Source: Lytechinus pictus (taxonomy: Eukaryota). From it: DNA of 64,000 bases. The position numbers and the translations under genes were made by a program. Below the pieces are notes generated by a model. It saw only the letters and a program-made list of their open reading frames with translations, was not told the origin of the DNA and did no database searches. Positions 63,331 to 64,000 of the stretch are shown here, piece after piece (positions within the stretch are counted from its first letter, which is position 1; the number at the start of each line of letters is the position of its first letter). The stretch covers positions 16,618,001 through 16,682,000 of the forward strand of contig NC_087245.1 of the NCBI RefSeq assembly GCF_037042905.1, written 5' to 3'.

Positions 63331-64000
63331 GTGAAAAACTTATAGGCATAGTGATTGTTATGATTTTCCCGTTTCAAATCTGTGCTCTCATTTTCTGAGA
63401 AATTATGTAAAACACTTTAAGCAAGAAATGTAAATGAAGATGTAACTAAGGCCCTACCAAATGTATTTTTTTCAGCAGAATATTTTTGGGGCAACAAGCC
63501 CACCCCCCTGCCCCCGTAGATACGCCCTATCAGAAAGCAATTAGTTAGCGGTTTGAACAATAGCGACGTCACGCTGGTGTGAACACGCTCACAGAAGAGG
63601 CAGAACTCGAAAGCAAAGGTGTGTCAGTGCAAAATTATTGTTGTTTTTATCATAAAACATCTTTTCCTTAGAAGTGGTGTCAAACTTGTAAATTTTCAAT
63701 AAATTTACATATTTGGCACTCGGCATTCTCTTCATGGTTAAATAGAATGCCTAGAATGTCCAGTTTTCTGGTTAGAATATCATCGTGCTTTGCTCTTGCA
63801 TTATTCGATTGGTGAGATATGTAGCCGCTATTCATGGGTCTCTAAATGCAGTCTATAAAAGGTTCCTTTTCTGGTCAGTATGTAAAAAAATTCAGCTCGC
63901 ACTTCGCGCTTGTGTTAATTCTTTAGTTAGAGTCACATCCTTTTCCCATGATTACAAAAACTGCTCGGAAAGTTTAATTACATGAAATTTCCAATTGAAT

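Overview
AT-rich, intron-rich, repeat-dense eukaryotic (animal) DNA. The repeat families look like a sea urchin, but that is an inference. I can support four protein-coding loci. (1) The first coding exon (signal peptide, 5766-5706, - strand) of an unidentified secreted or membrane protein gene that runs off the left end. (2) A complete 6-exon tamalin/GRASP/CYTIP-family PDZ scaffold gene (+, 11244-39287, 233 aa). (3) and (4) Two tandem retinol dehydrogenase 11-14-like SDR genes on the - strand: copy 1 is complete (48338-42866, 364 aa); copy 2 has exons 2-5 (61630-58998) and its exon 1 is not in the window. The rest is non-autonomous DNA transposons/MITEs (hAT-, Tc1/mariner-, Harbinger- and Kolobok-type ends), SINEs, a decayed CR1/L2-type LINE and long microsatellites. 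The most striking structure is a 4,029-bp near-perfect foldback element (51232-55260). It has a 6-bp target-site duplication (TSD), TAT...ATA termini, ~1.9-kb arms carrying palindromic 31-bp repeats with a 93-bp higher-order unit, a mirrored promoter-like domain, and a centre made only of nested hairpin modules. An empty-site copy of its target is in the same window. Most ORFs in the six-frame track are repeat artefacts.
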